Assembly (NCBI GenBank): GCA_030324005.1
Contig: JARDVH010000115.1
Span: forward strand, 40,690,026 to 40,754,025
Origin: Negaprion brevirostris
Taxonomy: Eukaryota
Direction of reading: 5' to 3'
DNA length: 64,000 bases
The position numbers and the translations under genes were made by a program. Below the pieces are notes generated by a model. It was not told where the DNA came from, searched no databases, and saw only the letters and a program-made list of their open reading frames with translations. How positions within the stretch are numbered: position 1 is the first letter of the stretch; each line of letters opens with the position of its first letter. Below are positions 1-12,740 of the stretch, in pieces.

Positions 1-699
1 TGGCTTTGTTTTTGTTCATTTTTATATTCCTACTTAATGGCCATTACAAGTTGAGTTAAATTTTACATTTATTAAACAGTAACCAAACGGTTATGTTTAT
101 TTCAAAGTGCTGACGTAGCCTTCGAAGTTGATGGCCCACATCCATATTAATGATTAAACCATACTGGAAAAACAAGCAGCGCCTCCCTCACCTCGGGGCA
201 CGCACCATCGGGCAACTACTTTCATAAAAAGTAAATAGAAGCATTTATTGGAAGAGAGCTTATCGTTTTAGATTGCCGTTTTGCACATAGCAAATTGCAC
301 AACAGGAAACTGACAGGGGGTTAGATGTGGGTGGATGTTGCATAATTATTTGGCTCGATAGTGACCGAGTTTTTAAACCTCTATGCAATGATTTAATACT
401 TTTCTGACGTTACGATGACTCGTTTTTACCATTTTCACAGAAAGCCTGGCCAAAAACGCTCGGTTTGTTTAGTTTTGAAATGCTGAGATTGTAGTGCTAA
501 GATACTCACCCCCTTGCATTAGTTTGGGGGCGATCTTAAAAAAAAGTCTTGTAATGAATAGATTGCTACTAAACTGGGAGTGGAGAAAGCAGAGGAGCTG
601 GATGAGTGCAGTATTAGTGCAATGTGCTGGCTCTGTGAGTGACTTGGTGCAAAAGGGATGGGGAGTTGCGACATTCTGAGGGGACTGAAATAGAACAGG

Positions 700-790
700 C
701 CCTGACGTCATGGGGCGGAACTGGAGCTGCAGCTGGGGGCGGGGGAGTAGGACCTTGACTGATCTCACATACCCGCTATTTAAATATGCA
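700..790 (+). promoter_or_regulatory. Distal promoter candidate: CRE + two GC boxes + TATA-like element
   Basis: TGACGTCA 703-710, GGGGCGG 712-718, GGGGCGGGG ~736-744, TATTTAAA 777-784; additional TGACGT half-sites at 111 and 405; CCAAT at 917. Confidence 0.55.
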
Positions 791-1235
791 TTTTATACAG
801 TAACTGCTCTATTGTTATGTGTTCAGTCTTTATGACGGTCAAAGGAGATCCTTTTATCGCAAGTTTTGGTACTCGTCATTAATACTTAGCCCGATGTTGC
901 AGTCGGGGAAGCCAGGCCAATTGCTCAGCAAAATGAATGTTATTTCTGTGCTGTCTTGGCCCTGCCTGGGATTGCGTCGTTTAGCTGAAGTCTAGGATTT
1001 AAAATGTAATTGCTGAGCTGGTGTCTCATTTTGCCTTTAAGTACAACTTTTACCTTTTGGTTGTAGAAGGGATTAGGAGAATGTTTCAGCAACGCAGCTA
1101 TTTTAATAAGCATTCCCCTAATGTGCTTTGGTAACTGAAGTATTAAAATGGAAAATTTCTAGCATTCATTTTGAAAATATTGTTGTTAGAGGACCTCTTC
1201 CATTACTACCGCGTGTTCAATGACTTGGTGTATCG

Positions 1236-1410
1236 GACTGAGTCACGTTCAGAGTAATTGGGCTGAGAGCCCCATGCTGGCTGGGGAAGGCTACGGCTGC
1301 GCACTGGCAGCGGGGCTGGGGAAGTCGCGCCTGCGCACTGGCGGCGGAGCTGGGGAAGCTGCACTTGCGCACTGGCGGTCTGGCGGTCTGCAGCGCGGCG
1401 CTGACGTCAC
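1236..1410 (+). promoter_or_regulatory. Proximal promoter elements: AP-1, NRF1-like site, CRE
   Basis: TGAGTCA 1239-1245, GCGCCTGCGCA 1327-1337, TGACGTCA 1402-1409. Confidence 0.55.
1280..1380 (+). repeat. ~34-bp tandem repeat, about 3 copies
   Basis: GCTGGGGAAG at 1280, 1315, 1349; TGCGCACTGGC at 1298, 1332, 1366. Confidence 0.85.
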
Positions 1411-3180
1411 GCGGCGCTCGGAGAAGCTGGGTGGCGCGAGCGGGAGGTGAGGAGAAAGCGGAGAGCGGAGCAGGAGAAAGGCGAGCGAGGGAGCCCGGGC
1501 CCAGCCACTCAACCCCCAACGCCTTCGCACCATGTCCGCTGCACAGGTCTCTTCGTCCCGGAGACAGTCGTGTTATCTCTGCGATCTGCCCCGCATGCCG
1601 TGGGCCATGATCTGGGATTTTACCGAGCCTGTGTGCCGGGGTTGCGTCAACTACGAAGGGGCCGATCGCATCGAGTTTGTTATCGAGACGGCGCGGCAAC
1701 TGAAGCGGGCTCATGGCTTCCAGGAGGGCCGCTCTCCGGGGCCGCCCCCTGTCAAAGTGCAGTCCTTGGGAGGCAGCAAGGAGGCGGCTCAGCAGCTCAA
1801 CCACGTCGACGGCTCGTCCAAGGCGCCGCAGCCGCCTCTCGATCGCTACTCCCTAAGCGAGAGACCTCGCTTCGAGTATCCGAGCCTCGCCCACGCTGGC
1901 AGGCTTCCCAATGGCCTGAACGGACCCAATGGATTCCCCAAACCCGAGGACATACCGCCGGAACTGAACCGGCAGAGTCCCAACTCATCGCGGAGAAATC
2001 ACGGCATCGTGCCCCCGGGCCCGGTCACTGTGCCGCCCAACCTGCTGCCTCAGACCACCTTAAACGGTCCGTCCGCAGGAACCTTGGCCCCGCACGGGCT
2101 GCTCGGCCGGCCGTCACCTTCCAGCAGCCTGGCTGGCACATCAGTGACGGTCAGCAGCCAGGTGCTGAGCGATGTAAACAAGCGGCCGGGCTCGGTATCC
2201 AGCAGCGACCAGGAGCGGGAGCTGAAGGAGAAGCAGCGGAACGCCGAGACCCTGGCCGAGCTGGGTGAGAGCCTGAGGAACCGCTCGGAGGACTGGGCCA
2301 ACAAGCCCAAAATCGTGCGGGAGACGCTTCTCACCCTGTCCAACTGCAACCCCTTCGATGTGCGCTTCAAGAAGGATCATTCTCTGCTGGGCCGGGTCTT
2401 CGCTTTCGACGCCGTTTCCAAGCCCGGCATGGACTTCGAGCTGAAGATCTTCATCGAGTACCCGAGCGGCTCGGCCAATGTCTTCTCCAGCGCCTCCGGG
2501 GTGGCCAAGCAGATGTACCAGGACTGTATGAAGGATTTCAGCAGAGGCCTATCGTCAGGCTTCAAGTACTTAGAGTACGAGAAGAAACATGGTTCGGGGG
2601 ACTGGCGCCTCCTGGGTGACCTCCTGCCCGAGTCGGTGCGTTTCTTCAAGGAGGTGGTGGGGGCCGACATGCTGCCGCAGCCCCACATCGACGCCAATTG
2701 CCCCATCTTACCCACTGCCCTGTGCAACATGCCGCGCCCCCCGCCCAACAGCTCCAGAACTGGGATGCGCAAGCGGAAAGCGTCCCCCGAGCCCGACTCG
2801 GACGCGGGCAGCGTGAAGCTGGAAGAGCGGCAGCAGCAATGGCTCTCTAACCAGAACGAAGCCTTAAAGCTCACTATGGCGGTATCCGGCAGCTTCGGGG
2901 CAGGCGGCGTGCCGCACGGTGGTTCCGCTCTACCACCCAACCGGACCACCCCCCCCGAGTGCAGCACCCAGAACGGACAGTCCCCCATGGCTGCCCTCAT
3001 GTCCGTGGCTGACACCCTCGGGAATGCCCACTCGCCAAAGGACAGCAGCAATTCCGTACATTCGACCACGAGTACCAGCACCAGGAGGAACAGCAACAGT
3101 CCGGTGTCCCCGGCCTCAGGGGGCGGCCAGCGCCGCATGGTGTCCAGGAACGGGGATGCTGCTCTGTCCGTGGCCCCTCC
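1280..3180. promoter_or_regulatory. CpG island over the IRF2BPL proximal promoter/5'UTR and most of the CDS
   Basis: Visibly GC- and CpG-rich compared with the AT-rich, CpG-poor remainder of the window. Confidence 0.85.
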
Positions 3181-3514
3181 TAACAACCATCCCAATCCCA
3201 GCATAGACCCCGTTCATCCCCCAAACATTCCAGACTCACCGATGGCCAACAACGGGCCCCTGTGCTGCACCATTTGTCATGAACGTTTGGAGGATACTCA
3301 CTTTGTGCAATGTCCATCAGTGCCCAATCATAAATTCTGTTTCCCATGCTCTCGGGAGAGCATCACGGCTCAGGGGGCGAATGGAGAAGTTTATTGCCCC
3401 AGTGGAGAAAAATGCCCTTTAGTAGGTTCAAATGTCCCTTGGGCATTCATGCAAGGAGAGATTGCTACAATCTTAGCAGGGGACGTAAAGGTCAAAAAAG
3501 AAAGAGACCCATAA
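1532..3514 (+). CDS. IRF2BPL: Interferon regulatory factor 2-binding protein-like (IRF2BPL/EAP1); single-exon, 660 aa transcriptional co-regulator / RING E3 ligase
   Basis: Uninterrupted ORF with start context CACCATG and TAA at 3512-3514. N-terminal IRF-2BP C4 zinc finger [48 protein letters not shown]; central [22 protein letters not shown]...[25 protein letters not shown] block; [12 protein letters not shown]; C-terminal [32 protein letters not shown]...CPSGEKC ending KVKKERDP. N-terminus and lack of intron fit IRF2BPL better than IRF2BP2; a slowly evolving IRF2BP1 paralog is not formally excluded. Confidence 0.92.
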   Translation: MSAAQVSSSRRQSCYLCDLPRMPWAMIWDFTEPVCRGCVNYEGADRIEFVIETARQLKRAHGFQEGRSPGPPPVKVQSLGGSKEAAQQLNHVDGSSKAPQPPLDRYSLSERPRFEYPSLAHAGRLPNGLNGPNGFPKPEDIPPELNRQSPNSSRRNHGIVPPGPVTVPPNLLPQTTLNGPSAGTLAPHGLLGRPSPSSSLAGTSVTVSSQVLSDVNKRPGSVSSSDQERELKEKQRNAETLAELGESLRNRSEDWANKPKIVRETLLTLSNCNPFDVRFKKDHSLLGRVFAFDAVSKPGMDFELKIFIEYPSGSANVFSSASGVAKQMYQDCMKDFSRGLSSGFKYLEYEKKHGSGDWRLLGDLLPESVRFFKEVVGADMLPQPHIDANCPILPTALCNMPRPPPNSSRTGMRKRKASPEPDSDAGSVKLEERQQQWLSNQNEALKLTMAVSGSFGAGGVPHGGSALPPNRTTPPECSTQNGQSPMAALMSVADTLGNAHSPKDSSNSVHSTTSTSTRRNSNSPVSPASGGGQRRMVSRNGDAALSVAPPNNHPNPSIDPVHPPNIPDSPMANNGPLCCTICHERLEDTHFVQCPSVPNHKFCFPCSRESITAQGANGEVYCPSGEKCPLVGSNVPWAFMQGEIATILAGDVKVKKERDP

Positions 3515-4400
3515 TTTTTAACTTCAGTAATTGAAGTAAAATGTGAATAAGAACTAAAAAGTTAGTCTTATGTATAGACATTTTTCATTTCCGTCGTATG
3601 TTTCTATATTTTGAAACAAGGTATGTACTCTTCTTCATTTGAAGGATGAACCTGGTTTTGTTTAAAGAATATCAGATATTATTGCTTAATACTGTTTTCA
3701 CTTATTGAGGCAGTGTGTTGGCTAGGTACAAAATCATAGCACTTAGCAATTAACGCTGCTGGTGTGTTTTTGTAAATGTATGCACTTCGCTGAATTGCCA
3801 AGGCCAGTGTTGACGTCTGCAGAAATGCAAACAAATTGTTACAAAGAATGGTCACAGTTAGTTATGTTACACGCCCTGGAGATAGTCTCCTACAAAGTGA
3901 CTTTTTTAAAAAGGTGAGGGGTTCTTTTTATTAGTTTCCAAGGGCAAAATATTTCATTTTATGATTCAGTGATCTGAATTTTTTATAACTTTTTTTGCTT
4001 TATGGATGCACGAATGCTTTAAATAGTAGAGCAAAATGCTGTACTGTATATGACAAAACTGCTCTGTTTGTTCTTTATACATTTCTGTAGTAACAGAAGA
4101 CTGTAATGTGCCTTGGAGCTGAATAAATTGTAATAAATTCGATGAATAAGCTCCCTGACTAGTCAATTTCTTTACAGACTGTAGGAAATGTGAACAAATT
4201 GGATGTGAATACCTATGAGAAAATGGCTGCTTTATTGCTTTAAAAGTTACATTACTGCAATCGCTGTCAGAGATGTCATTCTTATAATTAAATAAATACT
4301 ATCATTGCAATATTTACTTATTTTGGCAAAGAGCCCACATATTTATAAATCACCTGAATGCTTCAAAAATAAACTGCTGATTCAGGTTTTCCCATTCACT
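3515..4400 (+). other. IRF2BPL 3'UTR with candidate polyadenylation signals
   Basis: AT-rich, repeat-free sequence after the stop; AATAAA at 4122, 4132, 4291 and 4368; true end not determinable. Confidence 0.55.
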
Positions 4401-7400
4401 TTTTTGCTGGACTAAAACCTGATGAGTTCCACTGAAACAAAATATGAAATAATTGTTCTGAGATTAAAGGCACTTTAAAGTGATCGAATGTTACTGTGTG
4501 AAATCAATGGCAGTTAGTTAACTGTAGTGGTCCAGGTAATTGTAACAAGTTTGAACACAGATGTTAAGACCAAAAAGCAGCTGTTTCATTTTGAGCTGAT
4601 GAAAGCAAGGGCTGTGGTGCTGGTACAGGGAACTGTATCCTGCATTCTATGCAGCAAATCCCTGGTCTGAGTAAAAATGCTTTTTAAATTCATCTCTTCA
4701 AATCATATGCACTTTAAAACCAGCCATTTGATATTTATTGATGTTGAAAAACATTCTTCTGATACAAAAAAAAACTATTTCCTTGCCTTTTACACATTTG
4801 CAATGCTTACACTTATGATAGTTTGTCCTAATGTATGATCTCAAGTTATGTTTCCACAGTGTACATGTTAAGCAACTCGATGCAGTAGGTACTGCAACTG
4901 GACTGCTGCAGTTAATGTTTTCTTAGTGTGCACAATTGAATTTAAATATCTGAAAAATGCACTTTCCTTGAACATTGAAATATTTGAAGTACTCATTTCT
5001 CACTTTCAAAATATTAATGGTGAAAATAAAAGAGGAATTTGGTGTGAACATGGACTTAATTAACTGGCGATATAGTGTGATATTTTTGTTTTTATTTGTT
5101 TTGAATCGACCTTTTTGCATCTTTATCCCAAAGCTAAATTGTGTCACTTTTAATTGAAGGAATAGGGAAATGTGATGAGAGCTGAAGTGTGTTTTTGGAT
5201 TTTTTAAATCAAGCCCATTATAAGCATTTTATCAATATACAACAGAACCCCCTGTACTGTAACCTAACAACTTCACTTTGGTATTAATAGTTCATTATTT
5301 TTGCTATTGCTGCTGAGCTGCATATAAGTGATTAACAGCACAAATTAAGTTCCTTAATGGAAAAGCTGATACTATTTTCAAAGGATAACTGAACCCTATT
5401 TGATCTTTAATCGAGGGCTGGTGCATTCAAGATTTATAGCTCCAGACTTGTTTGTTTATACAGCTGTTCTTCATCTGAAGATTTTGATTCTGAAGGTACA
5501 AAGTTGGGAGTTATTTTTATATTTTAATTACAAGGATTTTAATAGTTATTGTTGATGTTTAATAAGGCATTTTGCTTATAGCCTTGATCTTGGCCCCTGC
5601 CAAATTATATGTTCTCACAATACGGTCTAGGTAATAAATTCCAGTAATGTTTTAAACAATAATATAATCTAAATAATTTACTAACGACCATATTTTAAGT
5701 TTGTTTTTCAAATTTTCTAATAATTGAATGTAGAGCAGATCTGGAGAGGGTGTTGTCCATCCGTTTTCTCCACCACCAATACTAAAGCTGAAATCTTCAC
5801 TTTGATATGCACAAGATCATTTGAAATGGATCTTTCCGCTTTCTAATGCCTTGGTGCTGCATCATCCTGAACATATTCTTGACTAAATACTCTTTGATAG
5901 ATTTAAAAATATTATTGGGTTTAAGATTTGGATAGTCTTGAAACTTGGGAAATGATGCATTATCTTTGTATTATTATTTGAACCAGGAGTATTTTTGTTC
6001 TAATGTATGTTTATCCATTTGCCATTCTATTTTGCATTTATCATTGTAAACAAAAATTCTGTAGTATTCCAGATGATTCCAGTCCTGCAAGGAGCAAAGC
6101 ATACATTATACAGCATTAACTGAGTACTGAAGCATCAGAAAAATACTGTAGAGGGGTAATAAAATTATTACTTGGTTTAGAATTTTTATATCTAAAAAGA
6201 TGGGGTTGAGGAGCAAAATACCTAAAGGAACAATGAGTGTAAAAAGTTGGCCCAATATTTGTGCAATTAAATTTATATATTTAACAAAATATACTCTGTT
6301 GGTATGTGCAAGTCTATTACATAAGAGTTAAGTTTTTAAAATGACCTATGCTGCAAAAGCAGTTAATAAAAGCAATCATCAGGACAGACAATTATAAAGT
6401 TTGTGGGGATGGGGGGAATGATCAATTAGGAAGAGTTGATGGTACAGAGAGAAGCTAGATAGTATCAAGATATGTATAAGTATCAAGCTGTAGAAATTAA
6501 AAAAGAAGTGTTTCACGCCAATTCAATTGACAAGCAGACTTTTAGATCTGAAGTGTTTTGGGTCTGGCCTGATGGTTTTAAGAGTAGAAAATAATAAGAT
6601 TTTTAGATGTTGCCAAGGATGGACCAGCTGAATCCACTCCATGATGTGCTGTTTGCCATAGAGGAATTAATATTGTTCCAATCAATGGAAAGTGAACTTC
6701 AAAACTCAAAGTTCACTGATACAGAATATTATCTAATACTTGGGTTCATTGCAGCATTTTATGGATCGGTTGATCAGAGTGAGAATTAATTTCTCTTCAA
6801 ACTAACAAGCAATCTGTATATAGTATATCTGAAGTACTGAGGCTACTGCATCTGTCTGCAGTTGCTTACTAGAACACCTGATATTCCAAGCTTGGCAGTT
6901 AGTGTATCATTTACTCTTTGACATGTAGGAAATCCACATATCAAGCTTTGGTACAATTTCAGCCTCCCTCTTAAGAAATTTTATTGTGCTTTTCAGACTG
7001 TAACATGCTGTTGCTTAAGAATTATGAGAGGGTTATTCTGTGTGCTCTCTTGTATGTATCCTCAAATTAATTTAGTGATAATCAACTTCACTGATATTTG
7101 ATGGCATTACTTAACTCCAACTGTATTGACATCTAATATAAGTAATTTTGCTAACTAGAGTAAATGTGCTGGGGTTACACTAGAAGTTGCTTAGTTGTAA
7201 ATGCTGATGAAAATTAATTTTATTCAAATATTACTGTTCAGCAAACAACATAAAACACTTCCAAGAGAAAGGTAAATGGATGTTTCATTTGAGATTTAAA
7301 CAAATGTTCCTATTGTAAGTCCTTTGCTTTTGACTTTGTTGAAGTTAACCCCGTATGATGTGTTTGACGTTGAAAAAATTGCCTTGTCTGAGTAATAGTT

Positions 7401-10009
7401 GCTATTTGAATACTGCATGTCATGGCCTGAAATTTTCTGAGTCCAACAAGCTTTAAATATATGATGATTTAAATGTACAGCATAATCCTATTTGGCTATA
7501 TTTTGCATTGCAAAGTTACCATCTCCTTTATTCTGTAGTCATTCTGATCTATGTTCCCTTCTCCACTATGGGACTTTTGATTTTTAAAGTAGCTCAACCT
7601 ATAGCTATTTGTTACCTAGTTTAAATATTTGCATCATGTATGCCACTGGTGGAACTGTGGAGTACAAGCAGTATTATAAAACTGCTTAGAAAGCAGATGC
7701 AAAAGGGGAAAAAAAAGTACCTAATAGGTGCAGCCCTTTCTATTATAAGATACTTACCATTTTATATCAGCCATATATTTGGGTGGCTTATGAAAAATTT
7801 CCTGAGAAGTCCCTTTGTAAAAGACTATGTGTAGTTCCAAGCTAACTAAGAACACAATGCTGTTGCTGATAAAAAATAGTGTCTTGGGGCAACGTTTTCA
7901 AGCAGAAGGGATATGGGTGGGTGCACTTAGTGATTCATTTATGTGTTGAACTTGATCAGTTCAGAGTTGTTGAGCAATAGATTTCTGTTTACAACATTGA
8001 GCTAATAAATAAAACACAACCTGTTGAAAGTATTCTCTTAAAGGCAGCTTTTCCTTTAACCTTGTTACTTCTGCTAATACTTGTATATGATTATAAGTGT
8101 AAAGTCCTTGTATCTGTAATGTTACTTTTTAAAGAAATAAATGTATCACAAAAATTGTGTTGTGGATTTTATTTTAGTTTGCTCGCTGAGCAGCAGTCTT
8201 ATTCAGCGACTTCCCTTGGACTAACACTGACTGTGCACCGTAAATCTGATTGTTTTAATCATTAATTTAAAAACATTGTTGCATTAATTCAAGTCCTTCG
8301 ATTAACCTTTGCGATGATTTAGCCAAAATAGTGTGGGGCTAAAAATTGTGAAATAATGCACAATTTCGACAAGTGAAATAATTTCAGTCATTTTTTAAAA
8401 ATATACTTTAAACGTGACTGAATTCTTCACCCTCAGCATTTTTTCCTTTTGGGTTCTCTTGGTGCCTCCCTACTGCAGGTGGATCTGGTCAGGAGTTCCT
8501 GATTCTCTGTTTTACACTTTAAAAGATACCTGAAGGTATTAGTCTACTGATGAAAGTTCACTGCTTTAAAGAAGCCTGCTAGTGCAATTTTAGTGAACCT
8601 TTTTCTATGATGTCTGGTAATCAGCATGACCACGTTTTCTCTGGTTGGATCATATTTCAGTGAAGTTTTGCATGGCTACTTATCTGTTTTTCCAAACACT
8701 TAGTAAAAGCATCAATAAAAAGTGAAACGAGCTAGCTGTAGAACAGTTAGGTAGAGGCCTGGATGGAAGCCATTCCTATAGTTTCTTAACTGGAAATGAC
8801 AAAAGGGAAGACATTTAATAAAAGTACAGATTGGATTTGTGTTACTTAGATTTTAAGTTCTAATATAAGCCTGCAGAAATAAAATCTAAAAATTTCCAAG
8901 TGTTGAGTCAAGAGATCAAATTGGCATTAATATGCTGCTTGCGCTGCCTTTACATGCTTTGTAGTGTATACGTACTATTGAATACGTACTATATCCTTTT
9001 AAACACAAATATTCCTTTGGTCATCATGTTTTCAAACATTGCACATTTGATTGGATTCCACTGATGGGAGAAACCATTAAAAACAATTCTTTAGATTTTG
9101 TAGAATTCTGAAAGGCAATGTTTGAATAGAATGTGCTTTGACAGGAATCATGCATCAAAAATCTTAAATATCAGTATTAACTTTAGAATTATTATATAGT
9201 TAGGCTACTTGTAACATTGAATAGCTTCACCACTGGGGGACATTGTTGTTTCACCTTCATGTAATGCATTCTGGGAAACATAATTGTAGCCAGTTTGTGT
9301 CCTGNNNNNNNNNNNNNNNNNNNNNNNNNNNNNNNNNNNNNNNNNNNNNNNNNNNNNNNNNNNNNNNNNNNNNNAGAAATCTCTGGAAAGTTTTATAGCA
9401 ATGATACCGAACACAAGCAGCTTGGATTGAAACCAACCCAGAATTCATTGCACGAACGAGGAATAAATGATCTCTTCCTGGTGGTGGAAAAAAAGCAGTG
9501 TGTGCTCACTGCAACAAGTGGTTCAGATAACAGAGATTTGTGTTGAGGGTTGAAATATTAATGCCTAACTCAACTTTTAAATAAATATTCTTTTAAAAAA
9601 TTAAATACGAGCAGTACAGCTAAATGAATGTTATATTTTAAACAACTAATTGGATTGTAACAGAATATTTTGCTTTTCTTGGCCTCATAGCTGTGTAAAG
9701 TAAGAATTCAAGCGATGTATATGAATATATTCGAAAGTATTTTTCGTATGCTGTCTCTTATGCTAATACCTATATTGCACACTTCCGTTTAAATATCATT
9801 TATTTGTGATAATTATTGCAAGAACTGAGAGCTCTTCAGTTTAATTCATTTGACAACTAGATATTTTTCTAACTTCTTTAAAATCTGGCTTTGTGGATCC
9901 TTGACCAGTATATATTAAACTTCAATTAGTTTCAGATGTCGGGATTTAAGAAAAAATCTGTGCTGAAACGTTATAGCTTAAATCTCTGTTGACTACAAGT
10001 ACACTGTTT

Positions 10010-10172
10010 CCTGTTTCCATACCAGCTGAGGTTTTTCATTCAGGCCCCGCCTTCTCAGCCTTTCCCTTGCCTGAGGTGCGGTGACGCTCAGGTTAAATCA
10101 TCACCAATCAGCTTTCCCCCTCTCAAAAAGGGGAAGAGCAGCGTATGGTCTTCTGAGACTTTAGCGACTTTT
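10010..10172 (+). mobile_element. Ancient SINE body/tail fragment (possibly UCON3-type)
   Basis: cttgcctgaggtgcggtgacgctcaggttaaatcatcacc...gagcagcgtatggtcttctgagactttagcgacttt resembles a recalled fish SINE 3' half. Confidence 0.4.
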
Positions 10173-12475
10173 TTCACATTCATAAAATGAAAAGTTTTAC
10201 AATTACTGCCAGTTTACTTTTATCATATTGGGAAAATAAAAGGATAAACAGGTCACAATTTATGTCATGGGTGAAACAAAAGGGTAGAAGAGGGAAGTGG
10301 TTAGTTTCTGGTACCGAAGAGTTTGCTCAGAAGACATTTCAGTAACCACAGGTGTGTTATATTTTTTGAAAATATGGAAGTATTTCTGGTTATTGTCCAT
10401 AGCTGTGGTTAAGCAAGGTGTTCGCAAAGAGGGAAAGGGAATGATTTGTAAATTGAATCAATCTTGAGCTCATATACTAATTGCAGTAGCTTCTCAAAAA
10501 CGACACTTGCAGAGAAAATTTAACCTTGTATCCAGAAGCACATGATGTACATCAGATTACTGAAATTAGCAAACAAATGGCAATGGTACATTTTCTCATT
10601 TTTCTTTGCTTTACCTGCAATGAAGTAGATGTAAAAAAAATTGCTGTACAGCAACAAAAAACACTTTGTATAGAATAAGTTTACGAACTTAGCAAATATA
10701 AAGCAACAGAATTTTCAAGAAGTGGAATTTAACCTGACCTGAAGGCAGCTGAGAGCTTGTGAAACTAATGTCTGAAAAATTTTCAGGCTACACTTGTGGA
10801 CAAGCCAACCAAGCATGTTATTTTTAGTGTGGCTAACACATTGAGTGCCCTCTGAATTTGAAACCATTGCATTTGTTTCAAACAAATGTTTAGTTTAAAA
10901 TCTGGAGCACGTTAACAATACTGAACACATTTTAGGATGAAATTAAATGATTATTAATTTTGAATCTATTCAAATAAAGTTAACTTGGTTTATTTGGAAG
11001 GCATTTTAAAACATGAGTTTTAAATATGAATTGCATGTAATGTAAGAATTGTAGGTTTGCTGGTCTTCACAATATTGCTGCCATGTCATTTTAAAATGTG
11101 TTAATTACCTATAGTTGCCCGATACATTGGTCTACATTTGCCGAAGGGATTTAAGAAAACATTTTGCAAGATTCAGCAGAAAGATTTTAGTTATTGAGCA
11201 CACAACTTTTTATATCATGCAAAATATATAAACATTTTATTTTTCTGAAAAGCTGAGTTACATGGAGGTGAATATATTTATATGGGTAGCGTTCTGTAAA
11301 CCTATTAAGAACCTGCTTTCCTTTTATAAATTATCCAACTTGACTTGAGTCTGGATAGATAAGGAAATAGACTTTAAAAATGAAGCTTGCTATTCAGTTT
11401 ATATAGATTTTATGTCTCATCAGTCAGGTTTTTTTTTTTGACACTAAACGTTTAACTTGATAATGCCATCGCCCATAACAGGTTACGTTCTGCAAGAAGA
11501 GTTGTCAAATGTACAATACTCTTGCCAGAAGCTGAATGACATTTCCGTACAACACCAGTCCTGAATCTGCTAACTGGTTTTATTTTAGTGTATAAATGTT
11601 CCAAGAATGCCCAAATATTTAATGGAAGCAACCCAACAGTGAGCAAAACATTCCATTATATAATTGTTTATATTAAGCAAACACCATAGGATAGGTAGGA
11701 AATTGATGCCTGAGTAAATATTGCCTGTTCAAAGAAAAGTGCTGCTTAAAAGTGTATCCATTTAACTGACATCTCCTGTGCTAAAAATGGCAACTGATGG
11801 ACCTTGTTTCATGAATATTTCCCCTTTTGCTTTTTGTATTCATACATCATGTTGTTTCCGGTTGAGGGAGACAGTCTTCTGATAGCCACTGTTACTTCAT
11901 ACCCATCTGTTAAGTGCAGAAGACAGCATAGGACAACCTATCTACTTATTTTCCTTTTCTAGTTTATTACTAAAGCGATTCTAGTTTATAAATTTATATC
12001 TACTGTTCGTTGAGTTGCTTGCAACAGCTGTATGTAACCATTCTGTTGTAATCCCTGCTGTGAATAAGATGCACTTGACTTCCATCTCTATATTATGGAT
12101 TATTTAAGAACAAGGAAACTCTGGGAGCAAGCAGCTTATTTCTGGTTTTGTTAACTGTCTCCATCTGTNNNNNNNNNNNNNNNNNNNNNNNNNNNNNNNN
12201 NNNNNNNNNNNNNNNNNNNNNNNNNNNNNNNNNNNNNNNNNNNNNNNNNNNNNNNNNNNNNNNNNNNNCACCTCTGTAAAATCACTTGATCCCACTCTTC
12301 CCTCAACTTAATTGCTGCTGGAACCCTCCTCTACATCTCATTACCTCTAGGCTTGGCCAGCAGCAGATTGAAATAGTCAAGTACTCATCTTTTTTATATT
12401 AATTCTCGGTGCCTCTTCTGGCTTCTTGCTCACGCCACTCTGCTTGACATGTTGCATTTCTCTCTCTGCTCCTTT

Positions 12476-12550
12476 TTAAAATGTATTTGTTCATAAGATA
12501 CGGGCATCACTGGCTAGGGCAGAATTTATTGCCCATCTGTAATTACCTTC
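12476..12550 (-). mobile_element. 3' tail fragment of the MetaSINE / partner LINE family
   Basis: Reverse complement contains gatgggcaataaattctgccctagccagtgatgccc, matching the tails at ~22130 and ~29870. Confidence 0.65.
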
Positions 12551-12574
12551 TTCATACCGCAAGCTGTACCACAA

Positions 12575-12740
12575 GAAGATTACGGACCATCAAATATTGT
12601 CATCAAGGGAACCAAGTTGAATGTCGTCAAACAATTTGCATATTTGGGGAGCCTCATCTCTTTTGATGCCCCCATAGATAAGGATGTGGCTTTCAAAACC
12701 TAAGCCTTTGGCATACTTTACAAGGTGTATCTGGCCTAAT
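12575..12740 (+). mobile_element. RTE-clade LINE RT fragment
   Basis: Translates PSNIVIKGTKLNVVKQFAYLGSLISFDAPIDKDV...AFGILYK (RTE thumb region with YLGS). Confidence 0.65.

Noticed and set aside
1217-3204. Long overlapping and antisense ORFs (1217-1804, 1447-2268, 2377-3204 etc.)
   Set aside because: Shadow ORFs expected from the GC-rich IRF2BPL CDS/CpG island; no recognisable domains
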